Shown in pieces: positions 53,784 through 64,000 of a DNA stretch of 64,000 nucleotides. The stretch's first letter is position 1; each line of letters begins with the position of its first letter. The notes beneath the pieces are model-generated. The model searched no databases. It saw only the letters and a list, made by a program, of their open reading frames with translations, and was not told the DNA's origin. Made by a program: the position numbers and the translations under genes. The DNA comes from Candidatus Levyibacteriota bacterium (GTDB taxonomy: Bacteria; Patescibacteriota; Microgenomatia; Levybacterales; UBA12049), in NCBI GenBank assembly GCA_016186625.1, contig JACPLG010000007.1:10426-74425 (forward strand). The letters run 5' to 3'.

Positions 53784-54764
53784 ATGGATAAAAAGAAAGT
53801 TTATTCCGGGATTCGTGCGACTGGACGCCTTCATCTAGGCAATTATTTTGGTGCAGTTAAGGGAATGCTGCAGCTTCAAGATAAGTATGACTGCGTTTTT
53901 TCTGTGGTTGATCTACACGCAATTACCACTCCGTATGACCCTAATACTTTAAAGCAGAATGTCCGCGATGTAATCTTAGATTATTTGGCCGCGGGGTTGG
54001 ACCCCGAAAAATGTCTCATCGAAATTCAAAGCAGCGTACCGGAACATACAGAACTTGCATATCTCCTCTCAACAATTTATCCAGTTTCCAGGCTTGAAGA
54101 CCTCCCTACATACAAAGATAAAAAAGTCCAGTACCCAAAGTATATAAATATGGGACTCTTGTTTTATCCAGTTCTAATGGCAGCGGACATCTTGCTTTAT
54201 AAAGCGGAGTTTGTGCCTGTGGGAATTGACCAGGAGCCCCATTTGGAAGTAACAAGAGAGATTGCCAGAAAGTTTAACCAGATGTTCGGGCAGACTTTTC
54301 CCGAGCCTCAGAGGTTCAAGAGCGATGGTGAATATGTACCTTCTCTTACCGGGGAAGGTAAGATGAGTAAGACTATTGAAGGAAGTTTTATACTACTAAC
54401 GGATGATTTAGCAACAATTAAATATCGTCTGGCAGCTGTCCCAACGGATAGCGGAAAATTGGGCGGAGAAGTACCAAAGACCGGAGGCATTGCTACATTG
54501 TTTTCATTGCTGCGATTGTTCGAACGCGACGACTTGTATAAGAAATATGAACAGGATTACAAAGAGGGAAATATCAAATATTCTGAGATGAAAAAGGAAA
54601 TCGCAGATGTTATTTTCAATACTTTAAAACCCATTCAACAAAAAAGAGCAAAGCTTGAGGATTCGTTTGATCTAAACGAAATGATAGAGAAGCACACCCA
54701 AATCTGCAGAGAGGTAGCAAACCAAACATTAACTCAAGTCAAGCAAGAAATGGGCCTCATCTAA
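53784..54764 (+). CDS. trpS: tryptophan--tRNA ligase
   Basis: Class I HIGH-like GIRATGRLHLGNYFG and KMSKT motifs. Confidence 0.9.
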   Translation: MDKKKVYSGIRATGRLHLGNYFGAVKGMLQLQDKYDCVFSVVDLHAITTPYDPNTLKQNVRDVILDYLAAGLDPEKCLIEIQSSVPEHTELAYLLSTIYPVSRLEDLPTYKDKKVQYPKYINMGLLFYPVLMAADILLYKAEFVPVGIDQEPHLEVTREIARKFNQMFGQTFPEPQRFKSDGEYVPSLTGEGKMSKTIEGSFILLTDDLATIKYRLAAVPTDSGKLGGEVPKTGGIATLFSLLRLFERDDLYKKYEQDYKEGNIKYSEMKKEIADVIFNTLKPIQQKRAKLEDSFDLNEMIEKHTQICREVANQTLTQVKQEMGLI

Positions 54765-55011
54765 AATTTCTAATTATTCTAAGTGGCACGCTTGTCAAGC
54801 AAGCGAGCTCCTTCGCTGCGCTCGTCCGCTCTAATTGACCTAAAGAATTCCCAAGCACCAATTTTAGGAATTTTGAAATTGAGATTTTATTAGAAATTAG
54901 AGCAATTAGGTTAATTAGGTAAATTTTCATCGGCTCCCCGCGCTGAATATCTAGCTTTCAGCTTCGAAAATCTAGAAATTTCAGCCTCATTATGGTATAA
55001 TTTTATTTCAA

Positions 55012-56877
55012 ATGGCAAGTATAAGAAAAACCAAAAAATCATTAATTCCAAACCTGCGGAAATTAAAAAACTGGAAAAGCATTGTCATCTACTCATTGGC
55101 TTTTGCTTTTCTGGCGCTTCTTTTTATGGGCATCAATCAACCTCTTGAAGAAACAAATTCAATTCCACTTTCTCAGGCAATACAAAGTGTCAAAAGCGGA
55201 AAAGTTACCGAGATTGAGGTACATGACAACAAACTTGTTCTTAAGGAAGACGGAAAAAAGCTTGAGGCTTTTAAAGAACCGGGAGCAAATGTTTATACTC
55301 TTTTTAAAGACGCGGGGGTTGATCTTAGTAAAACAAAAGTTGTGATAAATGATAAAACAACTCTTAATAACTGGGTTAACATATTTGCATCAATTTTACC
55401 CATAATTTTAATGGTTGGGTTTTTCTATTTCATTTTCCGCCAGGCAAGAGGAGCGCAGGAGAATATATTTTCTTTCGGACAGTCCCGTGCCAAGCTTTAC
55501 AGCAAAGATACTCCAAAGATAGGATTTAACGACGTTGCCGGAGTTGATGAGGCCAAGCAAGAACTAACCGAGGTTGTGGATTTTCTTAAAAACCCGGGCA
55601 AATACAGAGCAATTGGCGCCCGTACTCCAAAAGGAGTTCTTATGATTGGTCCATCTGGAACCGGAAAAACACTTCTGGCCCGAGCAACAGCTGGGGAGGC
55701 AAATGTACCTTTCTTTTCCATGGCAGGCTCAGAATTTATGGAAATGTTAGTGGGAGTGGGGGCATCCCGCGTTCGAGATTTGTTTAATACTGCTAAAAAG
55801 AACCAACCGGCAATTATTTTTATAGATGAGATTGATGCAATCGGCCGTCAGCGTGGGTTCGGTTTTATGGGTGGGCATGATGAGCGCGAGCAGACTCTCA
55901 ATCAAATTTTGGTTGAGATGGATGGATTTTCTCCAAATGAGCAATTGGTAGTTATGGCGGCAACAAATAGGCCTGATGTTTTGGATCCGGCACTTGTTAG
56001 GCCCGGCAGGTTTGACCGCCGTGTCGCACTAGAGCTTCCTGATGTTAAAGGAAGAAAAGAGATATTAGCAATCCATGCAAAGGGTAAACCATTTGATACC
56101 AAAGTGGATTGGGAGCGCGTTGCCAAAAGAACAGTTGGTTTTTCAGGAGCCGATCTTGAAAATATGTTAAATGAAGCTGCAATTCGTACAGCTAGGCTTA
56201 ATAAGAAAAAAATTGACATGTCAGATCTTGAGGAAGCTGCAACAAAAGTAAAACTTGGTCCTGAAAAAAAGAGACTTCAAACTGATGAAGACAGGAAAAT
56301 GACAGCATATCATGAGGCAGGCCATGCTCTTGTTGCATGGGAAATGCCTCATATTGATCCAATTCATAGGATCTCAATTGTTTCCCGCGGTATGAGTCTA
56401 GGCCACACCATGACTGAGCCAATTGATAGAGTGCATGAAACAAAATCACATCTTCTTGAAGAGATTTCAATGATGTTAGGAGGACAAGCCGCTGAGAGGT
56501 TGGTTTTTAACGATATCACAACTGGAGCATCAAATGATTTGGACAAAGCCACTCAGGTGGCCAGAGCCATGGTAATGAAATTTGGAATGAGCAATCTTGG
56601 CCCAATTACCTTTGATCTTCAGAGGGAAACACCATATGATCAGGATGAGCTTTCTCCTGAGATGAGAGCAAAGGTGGACATTGAAGTTAAGAGAATAATT
56701 GATGAAGCATTTGATAGGACAACAAAAGTTCTCAGAAGGCTAAGAAGCAAGCTTGATCTTTTGGCTGAAGAGCTATTAAAAAAAGAGACGTTAGAATCTG
56801 AAGAGTTTGAGAAATTAATTGGCCCCAAAAAATTACTTCCGGGAAGTAAACTCGCAATTCTTACCGTTGAAGCATAA
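55012..56877 (+). CDS. ftsH: ATP-dependent zinc metalloprotease FtsH
   Basis: Two TM helices, AAA module [11 protein letters not shown], and the HEAGHA zinc site. Confidence 0.95.
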   Translation: MASIRKTKKSLIPNLRKLKNWKSIVIYSLAFAFLALLFMGINQPLEETNSIPLSQAIQSVKSGKVTEIEVHDNKLVLKEDGKKLEAFKEPGANVYTLFKDAGVDLSKTKVVINDKTTLNNWVNIFASILPIILMVGFFYFIFRQARGAQENIFSFGQSRAKLYSKDTPKIGFNDVAGVDEAKQELTEVVDFLKNPGKYRAIGARTPKGVLMIGPSGTGKTLLARATAGEANVPFFSMAGSEFMEMLVGVGASRVRDLFNTAKKNQPAIIFIDEIDAIGRQRGFGFMGGHDEREQTLNQILVEMDGFSPNEQLVVMAATNRPDVLDPALVRPGRFDRRVALELPDVKGRKEILAIHAKGKPFDTKVDWERVAKRTVGFSGADLENMLNEAAIRTARLNKKKIDMSDLEEAATKVKLGPEKKRLQTDEDRKMTAYHEAGHALVAWEMPHIDPIHRISIVSRGMSLGHTMTEPIDRVHETKSHLLEEISMMLGGQAAERLVFNDITTGASNDLDKATQVARAMVMKFGMSNLGPITFDLQRETPYDQDELSPEMRAKVDIEVKRIIDEAFDRTTKVLRRLRSKLDLLAEELLKKETLESEEFEKLIGPKKLLPGSKLAILTVEA

Positions 56878-56981
56878 ATTAGCGTTTAGCGTATAGGGTG
56901 TAGCGTATAGTTTTCGTTTATAGCGAGTGTTCGCAGTTTCACTTCTTGACTTTTAAATAAATAAGACGGAAAATCAGCTTA

Positions 56982-57584
56982 GTGAAGCAATTTGACAAAA
57001 TTGGCCTTATTAAACATGCCTGGGAAATTGTCAAAAAGAATGTGCGTCTAATTGCACTTCTTGTTGGCGCATTTATTGTCTATCAAATAATTCAGGGAAT
57101 TGTCCAGGGCTTTTTCCGCGAATCAGTTCTTGCAGTTTTAGTTTCTCTTGCTTTTACGGTAATAACTTTATTTCTGGAGATTGGAGCAATCAAAATATTT
57201 CTTAAGCTTGTTGATGGACAGAAAGCAGAAATTACAGAGCTTTGGGCATATCCACAGTATTTGCTTAGGATGATTGGCGCTTCAATTTTATTTGGTTTAA
57301 TTGTTTTGGCAGGATTTATTCTTTTAATAATTCCGGGAATATATCTTGCTATCAGGCTCCAGTTTTATAGCTTTTATATAGTTGATAAAAATGAGGGAGT
57401 AATAGATTCTTTGCAAAAAAGCTGGAAGGTTACGCAGGGAAATGTAATAAATCTTTTCTTATTTATGCTTCTTTTAGTCGCTCTAAATATTTTGGGCGCT
57501 TTGGCCCTTCTTGTTGGACTTTTAGTTACAATTCCTGTTTCATTTATTGCAGTAACACTTCTTTACAGAAAACTGGCAGTATAA
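56982..57584 (+). CDS. hypothetical membrane protein
   Basis: 200 aa with four TM helices. Confidence 0.4.
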   Translation: MKQFDKIGLIKHAWEIVKKNVRLIALLVGAFIVYQIIQGIVQGFFRESVLAVLVSLAFTVITLFLEIGAIKIFLKLVDGQKAEITELWAYPQYLLRMIGASILFGLIVLAGFILLIIPGIYLAIRLQFYSFYIVDKNEGVIDSLQKSWKVTQGNVINLFLFMLLLVALNILGALALLVGLLVTIPVSFIAVTLLYRKLAV

Positions 57585-57676
57585 CTGCAGATTGTTAACT
57601 CGCTTCGCTCGTCTTATTGCTCAATTGCTAAATTGTTAAAAGATCGAATATGCTCCTTCTTTGATATAATCCACTT

Positions 57677-58621
57677 ATGAAAAAGCTCGTACTCGTGGAT
57701 GGTAATGCTATTGTACATAGAGCCTATCATGCCCTGCCGCCGCTTTCGAGAAAAGACGGGAAGCTCACAAATGCTGTTTACGGCTTCTTCTCTATGGTTT
57801 TAAAAATAGTTTCAGACATTGCTCCGGACGGCTTGATTGTCTGTTTTGACCGCGCAGCTCCTACGTTCAGAAAGCAGCTTTATGTGGCATATCAAGCAAC
57901 AAGGCCCAAGATGGAAGATGATTTGTCCTACCAATTTGAGGTAATCCACGATGTTCTTTCAAAAGCAAACATTAAGATTTTTGAACTGGACGGATACGAA
58001 GCAGATGATCTTATAGGCACGCTTGCAAGGCAAGCCGTTGAAGACGGTAGTCCGATGTTTGACCAAGTGATAATATTAACAGGAGATAGAGACATGCTTC
58101 AATTGGTAAATCACAATGTTTTTATTCTGGCGCCTGTTGTGGGTGTCACGAAAATGATTTTATTTGATGAGGAAAAAGTTAAGGAAAAATACGGACTTCT
58201 GCCTCATCATCTGGTTGATTATAAAGCGCTTGTTGGAGACGCATCTGATAATTATCCGGGGGTCGCGGGGATAGGACCAAAAACCGCCTCAACTCTCATC
58301 AATAAATTCGGTTCGCTTGAAGGAATTTACAGGAATTTAGGGGAAATTAATCCTAAAGTTTCGGAAAAACTGGCAAAAGATGCCGAACAATCAGCTCTTG
58401 CCAAAAAACTGGCAACAATTGATACAAATGCGCCGATTCACTTGGAGTCGGAAGAATGTTCGCTTACCAAACTCGATAGGAAAGCACTGCTTTCGGAGTT
58501 TGAAAAACTCTCATTCAACAGCCTAATTAATCGTTTTAAGCTAGATAAATCAGCAACACAAAAGAATAATAGTTCGAACAGTAAAAATGAAACAACCGAA
58601 GACCAGTTGAATTTATTGTAG
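57677..58621 (+). CDS. 5'-3' exonuclease (stand-alone Pol I N-terminal / FEN-like domain)
   Basis: LVLVDGNAIVHRAYHA, acidic active-site residues, and the H3TH motif GVAGIGPKTAS. Confidence 0.85.
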   Translation: MKKLVLVDGNAIVHRAYHALPPLSRKDGKLTNAVYGFFSMVLKIVSDIAPDGLIVCFDRAAPTFRKQLYVAYQATRPKMEDDLSYQFEVIHDVLSKANIKIFELDGYEADDLIGTLARQAVEDGSPMFDQVIILTGDRDMLQLVNHNVFILAPVVGVTKMILFDEEKVKEKYGLLPHHLVDYKALVGDASDNYPGVAGIGPKTASTLINKFGSLEGIYRNLGEINPKVSEKLAKDAEQSALAKKLATIDTNAPIHLESEECSLTKLDRKALLSEFEKLSFNSLINRFKLDKSATQKNNSSNSKNETTEDQLNLL

Positions 58622-58695
58622 ACGATTGCTCCATTGCTCGATTGCTCGATTGCTTAAACAACAATAAGCGAGCTGAGCGAGCAGCAATGTAACAA

Positions 58696-59925
58696 TTGAC
58701 GTATATGAAAGTAGCTATTGTTCATGATTACATAAAGGAATATGGCGGAGCAGAAAGGGTTTTGGAAGCACTATCTGAGATTTATCCCAAAGCTCCGATT
58801 TATACTGCATTTGTTGATAAAAATTCCAGTGCTTACGAGAGGTTTAAGAATAAAAAAATTATTTCTTCGTGGTTTGGCTATCTGCCATTTGCATCAAAAC
58901 TTGCAAGCCCGCTGCGGTTTTTAACTCCTTTTATTTGGGGCTCGTTTGATTTCTCAAAATATGACCTGGTGATTTCCAGTGCATCGTGGTACATCACTAA
59001 AGGTTTTGGTTCAGGCAAGCAATCGAGCAATGAAACAATCGAACAATCTGGCCGAAGGCCTATCGAGATTTGTTATTGTCATACGCCTCCCAGATGGCTT
59101 TATGGCTATACCACTTCTGTAAACTTTCAAAAATACGCTCTTGTTCGTCTCTATGCGCATGTTGTAGGACATTTCCTTCGTCTATACGATTTTAAACAAG
59201 CACAAAAGGTAGATTATTTTATAGCGAATTCGCAAGAAGTGGCAGCAAGAATTAAAAAATTTTACAGAAGAGACTCAACTGTGATTTACCCGCCGGTAAG
59301 TTTGCAAAATCCGAAATCCGAAATCCGAAATCCGAAATCCGGTAAGGATTATTATTTTATGGTTTCGCGAATTGTTGGAGCAAAAGGTCTGGAGTTGGCA
59401 GTGGAAGCTTCAATTAAGGCAGGGTTTAAGCTTAAAATCGCTGGAGCAAAAGCAGGATATTATTCGGATCGTGGACTTCGAGAAAACGCCCAAGAAAACG
59501 TCGAGTTTCTGGGACAAGTTTCAGATGAGGAGTTAGCTGAGCTTTACAGGGGAGCAAAAGGATTTTTGGCTTTAGCTCGCGATGAGGATTTTGGAATAAC
59601 ACCGGTTGAGGCAATGATGGCAGGAACACCTGTTATTGCTTACAACGGAGGAGGGTATAAGGAGAGCGTTATTGATCCTTCGGCAGCTTCCTCCAAAGGC
59701 GGACAGGCAGGACAAGCGGCAACAGGAGTTTTATTTGATGATTATTCTGTTGATGGTCTTATTTCGGCGATTAAAAAATTTGAAAAGACCAAGTTTGACC
59801 CAGACGTTTTAATAAACCACGCACAAAAGTTTAGCAAAGAAAGATTTGAGAAAGAAATCAGGGAGTTTGTTGAAAAGCATGCAATCACAGAAGCACAGAG
59901 GAGTCCGCAGAAAACTCAGAAATGA
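58696..59925 (+). CDS. glycosyltransferase family 4 protein with in-frame microsatellite insertion
   Basis: GT4 N-terminus MKVAIVHDY...GGAERV and C-terminal EDFGITPVEAMMAGTPVIA. A (aaatccg)n repeat at 59298..59340 encodes NPKSEIRNPKSG. Confidence 0.8.
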   Translation: MTYMKVAIVHDYIKEYGGAERVLEALSEIYPKAPIYTAFVDKNSSAYERFKNKKIISSWFGYLPFASKLASPLRFLTPFIWGSFDFSKYDLVISSASWYITKGFGSGKQSSNETIEQSGRRPIEICYCHTPPRWLYGYTTSVNFQKYALVRLYAHVVGHFLRLYDFKQAQKVDYFIANSQEVAARIKKFYRRDSTVIYPPVSLQNPKSEIRNPKSGKDYYFMVSRIVGAKGLELAVEASIKAGFKLKIAGAKAGYYSDRGLRENAQENVEFLGQVSDEELAELYRGAKGFLALARDEDFGITPVEAMMAGTPVIAYNGGGYKESVIDPSAASSKGGQAGQAATGVLFDDYSVDGLISAIKKFEKTKFDPDVLINHAQKFSKERFEKEIREFVEKHAITEAQRSPQKTQK

Positions 59926-60290
59926 AGTATCTCTACAGCGATTTGACTCAAAAGATTATTGGCGCAGCAGTTAATGTTCATAAAGAACTAGGTCCAGGTC
60001 ACCCGGAAAAAATTTATCAAAGAGCCCTGGCAGAAGAGTTTACGAAACAAGAAATACAATATATCAGAGAAAAGAGATTTGATATATTTTACAATGGCAA
60101 AAGTGTGGGATACGAAACTATGGATTTTATCGCATTTGATAAGATTGCTATAGAATTAAAAGCTGCAAGAGAGATCATGGATTTGCATGCCAAACAATTA
60201 GTAGGTTATCTTAAGGGAGCAAATATAAAACTTGGTTTAATATTGAATTTTGGGAAAAATCAATTAGAAATAAAAAGAGTTATTATATAA
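59922..60290 (+). CDS. GxxExxY protein
   Basis: IIGAAVNVHKELGPGHPEKIYQRAL matches the family signature. Confidence 0.7.
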   Translation: MKYLYSDLTQKIIGAAVNVHKELGPGHPEKIYQRALAEEFTKQEIQYIREKRFDIFYNGKSVGYETMDFIAFDKIAIELKAAREIMDLHAKQLVGYLKGANIKLGLILNFGKNQLEIKRVII

Positions 60291-60400
60291 TTTGTTGAGA
60301 AAGGACTGCAATCACAGAGCGCACTGAGAAGTCCACGGAGAACACAGAGACTAAAATTCTGTGGACTCAGTGGACAATTCTGTGATTCAGTGATTACAAG

Positions 60401-61306
60401 GTGCCGGAGCTTCCAGAGGTTGAAACCATACGCTTAGGTTTACAAAAATACGTTGTTGGACACAAAATCGAAAATGTCGAAGTTCGATTGCCAAAGATTT
60501 TCCCTGGAGACCCAAAACAAGTAATCGGTGCAAAGATTATTGCCGCTAGACGCTTTGGGAAAGGTTTGGTCATTGATTTATCAAACGGTTATAGCCTCGC
60601 CATCCATGTAAAGCTGACAGGGCAACTTGTTTATCGCGACCCAAAAACTTCAAAACTTCCTGTATCAAAGGCAAAAGTAGGAACAGTGCCGAATAAGTTT
60701 ACCCACGTGATATTTAAGCTAAAAGCTAAAAGCGGAAAGCGAAAAAATAAGAACGGAGATGCAGTTCTTTATTACAACGATCAAAGAAGATTTGGGTGGA
60801 TAAAAGTTATCCCAACGAATAAAGTTTTGGAAATGCCTTATTTCAAGGGAATCGGACCTGAGCCCCAGATAAATGTATCAAAGGCATCAGGAGTATCAAA
60901 GGGAAAACTTACGTTTGAAAAATTCAGGGCTATAGTTTCCATATCCCATGTTGTAATAAAATTCCTTCTTATGGATCAGAAAAAAATTGGAGGAATTGGA
61001 AATATTTATGCCAATGACGCGCTTTTCCTCGCCGGCATTGATCCCAGAAGAAAAGCCCACACTTTAACAGAGGAAGAAATCAAAAAACTTTATAAAGCAA
61101 TCCATACCGTAATGGAGAGAGGTTTCAAGTATGGAGGAGCAAGCGAACTCCAGTTTGTCAACGTCTTAGGACAAGAAGGAGAATACCAAAACCACAGTTT
61201 GGTTTATGGCAAAAAAGGAAAAGATTGCCCCAATGGGAATGGTAAGATCAAAAAGATATTTTTAGGAGGACGGGGGACGTTCTTTTGCTCCGCCTGTCAA
61301 AGGTAA
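60401..61306 (+). CDS. mutM: formamidopyrimidine-DNA glycosylase (Fpg/MutM/Nei family)
   Basis: N-terminal PELPEVE, H2TH region, and C-terminal zinc finger CPNGNGKI...CSACQR. GTG start. A Lys-rich insertion derives from gctaaaa repeats. Confidence 0.85.
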   Translation: MPELPEVETIRLGLQKYVVGHKIENVEVRLPKIFPGDPKQVIGAKIIAARRFGKGLVIDLSNGYSLAIHVKLTGQLVYRDPKTSKLPVSKAKVGTVPNKFTHVIFKLKAKSGKRKNKNGDAVLYYNDQRRFGWIKVIPTNKVLEMPYFKGIGPEPQINVSKASGVSKGKLTFEKFRAIVSISHVVIKFLLMDQKKIGGIGNIYANDALFLAGIDPRRKAHTLTEEEIKKLYKAIHTVMERGFKYGGASELQFVNVLGQEGEYQNHSLVYGKKGKDCPNGNGKIKKIFLGGRGTFFCSACQR

Positions 61307-61684
61307 GCCTATTTCGGGTAGTGAAGAGGACCCAAGAGGTTTTATAATGCCTTCGCCCCATAATCCAATCTCAACCCCTTCACTCAGTGGTCTTAAGGGA
61401 TCCACCCTTCGAACCAATTCATTGTGATCTGTTTCTCTTCCTGAATAATTGCCTCTTCTTGTTCGTCTATATCTCTGTGACATGGTAGGAATTCTATCAA
61501 AAAAAATATTTGTAGTAAATAAAAGTGAGATCGCCTCACTTTTTGCAAAAATGAGGGACAGGTATTGACGTTTTAGGAGGATTGGAATAAAATTAGGGCT
61601 AGATTAAGTACCCTTAAGGGTGTTTTTTTAAGCTTAATTTATGCCCTTCGACAATTGCTCAGGGCACATTAAGTAAAACTTAAT

Positions 61685-62392
61685 ATGGGTTCGAACTATA
61701 CAGATAAGGTTGTAATCTCAGTTGGGGGGTCACTCATTTACCCCAACGGAGGAATTGATACAAGATTCCTCACCAACCTTAATAGGTTCGTAAGAGAACA
61801 ATTGGCGGAGAACAAATCCCGCCAATTTTTTTTGATAACTGGAGGAGGCAAGATTGCCAGACACTATCGAGACGCAGGAGCAGAAGTTATAGGACATGCC
61901 ATTACCCGAGATGATCTGGACTGGCTGGGAATCCACGCCACAAAAATGAACGCACATTTGGTCCGCACAATTTTTAGAGATATTGCCCATCCCTTTGTGG
62001 TCAAACACTATGAAATAATTAGAAAAGTTGAGGAGCCAGTGGTTGTTGCCTCTGGTTGGAAGCCGGGCTGGTCCACAGACTATTGTTCTGTAATGATTTG
62101 TGAAGATTATGGAATAAAAACTCTGGTCAACCTTTCAAACGTTGACCAGGTTTTTGATAAAGACCCTACCAACAATCCAGATGCAAAGCCACTCTCAAAA
62201 GTTTCTTGGGAGGATTTTAGAAAAATGGTAGGAGACGAGTGGATTCCCGGAATGAATTCGCCTTTTGACCCTGTGGCTGCGAAAAAGGCGCATGAGTTAG
62301 GAGTAAAAGTAGTAGTAATGGATGGTAATAATTTTGAGAATCTTGAAAAGTACTTCAGGGGAAAAGAGTTTGTGGGAACTGTGATAGAATAA
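61685..62392 (+). CDS. pyrH: uridylate kinase, archaeal-type (amino-acid kinase family)
   Basis: VVISVGGSLIYPNG...FFLITGGGKIARHY...LGIHATKMNAHLV. Confidence 0.6.
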   Translation: MGSNYTDKVVISVGGSLIYPNGGIDTRFLTNLNRFVREQLAENKSRQFFLITGGGKIARHYRDAGAEVIGHAITRDDLDWLGIHATKMNAHLVRTIFRDIAHPFVVKHYEIIRKVEEPVVVASGWKPGWSTDYCSVMICEDYGIKTLVNLSNVDQVFDKDPTNNPDAKPLSKVSWEDFRKMVGDEWIPGMNSPFDPVAAKKAHELGVKVVVMDGNNFENLEKYFRGKEFVGTVIE

Positions 62393-62501
62393 ATTTAAAA
62401 TTCAAAATGCAAAATTCAAAATTACAATTAAAAAGTTAAAAGTTTGCCTCTTTCTTAATTTTGAATTTAACTTTTGCCTTTTGACCTTTGACTTTTGAAT
62501 T

Positions 62502-63545
62502 ATGTTAACCAGTCTCCAATTACAGAACTTTCGCAACTATAAAAAAGCCTCTTTTAATTTTGATAAATCGGTTATTATCATTGGCCCAAATACTTCGGGT
62601 AAGTCTAACTTAATTGAAGCAATATTTTTACTATCAAGCGGAAAAAGTTTCAGGGCTGAAAGAGATCCAGAAATGGTTAGGTTTGGTAGTGAAATGGGAA
62701 GGGTCAGGGGACGAGCAGATGATATTGATTTGGAAGTGGTAGTAACAGTCGGGGAAGTTGGAGGAGTAAGAAGCCAATTTAAAAGATATTTTGTGAATGG
62801 CGTTGCTAAAAGAAGGCAGGATTTTGTCGGAAATCTGCCGGCAGTTTTATTTTCTCCGCAAGACTTAGAAATTGTTGTTGGAAGTCCTGGTCTTAGGCGA
62901 GATTTTCTGGACAGTGTTTTGGAACAAACAGACAGAGAGTATCGAATAGCGCTTATCTCTTACACAAAAACGCTCAGGCAAAGGAACGCGCTTTTGGAAT
63001 TGGTCAAGAAAGGCCTAAGAAGAGACGATAGGCAATTTGAATATTGGAACAAATTAATAATTACAAATGGACAGATCCTCACAGCGAAGAGGGAAGATTT
63101 TATTGACTTTTTAAATAAGGCGAAAAAGGAAGTTTTAAGTTTCAAACTTGAATACGATAAAAGCGTTATTTCAGAAGAGCGTTTGAGTCAGTACCGCGAG
63201 GCCGAGACTGCTTCAGGCATAACTTTGGTGGGGCCCCATAGAGACGATTTTATTGTTTATTTCAATAAAGGCCATGATCTTAGATCGTTTGGCTCCAGAG
63301 GCCAGCAAAGACTTGGAGTTTTGCAATTGAAATTGCTTGAGCTAGAATATGTTCGGGCCCGGGTTGAAAACGAGCCAATTTTGCTTCTGGACGATGTTTT
63401 TTCTGAACTTGATGAAGATCACATAATTCATATTTTGGAAAAAGTGGGAGGACAGCAGACAATCATAACTACAACACATGAGGAATTTATTCCCGCAAGA
63501 ATTAAGAGTAAAATGGAGATAATAGAGCTGAAAGCTAACAATTAA
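62502..63545 (+). CDS. recF: DNA replication and repair protein RecF
   Basis: LQLQNFRNY, Walker A GPNTSGKSNLIEAI, and C-terminal LLLDDVFSELD. Confidence 0.9.
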   Translation: MLTSLQLQNFRNYKKASFNFDKSVIIIGPNTSGKSNLIEAIFLLSSGKSFRAERDPEMVRFGSEMGRVRGRADDIDLEVVVTVGEVGGVRSQFKRYFVNGVAKRRQDFVGNLPAVLFSPQDLEIVVGSPGLRRDFLDSVLEQTDREYRIALISYTKTLRQRNALLELVKKGLRRDDRQFEYWNKLIITNGQILTAKREDFIDFLNKAKKEVLSFKLEYDKSVISEERLSQYREAETASGITLVGPHRDDFIVYFNKGHDLRSFGSRGQQRLGVLQLKLLELEYVRARVENEPILLLDDVFSELDEDHIIHILEKVGGQQTIITTTHEEFIPARIKSKMEIIELKANN

Positions 63546-63580
63546 CAATTGACATTTGACTAACAATTAACAAATAACAT

Positions 63581-64000
63581 ATGAAGAGAGAGGTTGAATT
63601 TAAAGTAGGAAGAGAAACGCTCCGCGGTTCGCTATTTGTTCCAAAAGGAAAAGGGCCTTTTCCCGGAGTAGTTTTTTATCACGGAAGAGGTTCAAGCAGG
63701 AAAAGATATCTTGAGATAAGCAAAAGGCTTTCAAACAAAGGAATTATGGCTCTTGCTTTTGATTTTAGAGGTTGCGGAAAAAGTGACGGAGTTTTCAAAA
63801 ACCAAACACAACGAATGGGAATCGATGACTCAAGGGCAAGCCTTGAGTTTCTACTGAGTCAAAACGTAGATAGAAAAAGAATCGGAATCGCGGGCTCAAG
63901 CTTTGGTGGATTTGTTGCAGCGATTCTTATGAGTGATTTTGATTTTGTGAAGTCATTAGTCTTCAGAGCCCCAGCAGTTTATCCAAATGAACTTCTTGAT
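63581..64000 (+). CDS. alpha/beta hydrolase (dienelactone hydrolase / S9-like), truncated by window end
   Basis: FYHGRGSSRKRY and the nucleophile elbow GIAGSSFGG. Confidence 0.6.
   Translation, partial: MKREVEFKVGRETLRGSLFVPKGKGPFPGVVFYHGRGSSRKRYLEISKRLSNKGIMALAFDFRGCGKSDGVFKNQTQRMGIDDSRASLEFLLSQNVDRKRIGIAGSSFGGFVAAILMSDFDFVKSLVFRAPAVYPNELLD

Noticed and set aside
61262-61483. 73-aa minus-strand ORF in the mutM-pyrH spacer
   Set aside because: No motifs. The region is better explained by terminator and promoter elements.

Overview
Low-GC, gene-dense window that looks like a reduced CPR/Patescibacteria-type genome. It carries housekeeping genes (two PBP1A paralogs, murD, pgk, rpe, tgt, trpS, ftsH, recF, mutM, smpB, nrdR plus a class II B12-dependent RNR, and a PyrH-like kinase). 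It has 7 tRNA-type genes, including a Ser-rich tRNA cluster around a NUDIX gene. A probable tmRNA sits next to smpB. A probable cobalamin riboswitch precedes a small B12 salvage cluster. A HicAB toxin-antitoxin pair lies between the two PBP1A genes.

The most unusual part is the first ~15 kb. It holds three TrbC/VirB2-like pilin genes, three four-helix-bundle (23S IVS-type) proteins, a P-loop ATPase fused to a C-terminal OmpR-type winged helix, a 1239-aa ORF with no recognisable domain, a VirB6/TrbL-like polytopic membrane protein and an acidic tail-anchored protein. A VirB4-like ATPase, a Xer-type recombinase and a tRNA-Ile(UAU) lie further downstream.

Several families of word-based palindromic or tandem repeats (MITE-like) occupy the intergenic spacers. 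Fragments of them sit in-frame inside conserved CDSs (tgt, comFC, pgk, GT4, mutM and others). No rRNA and no CRISPR array are present.
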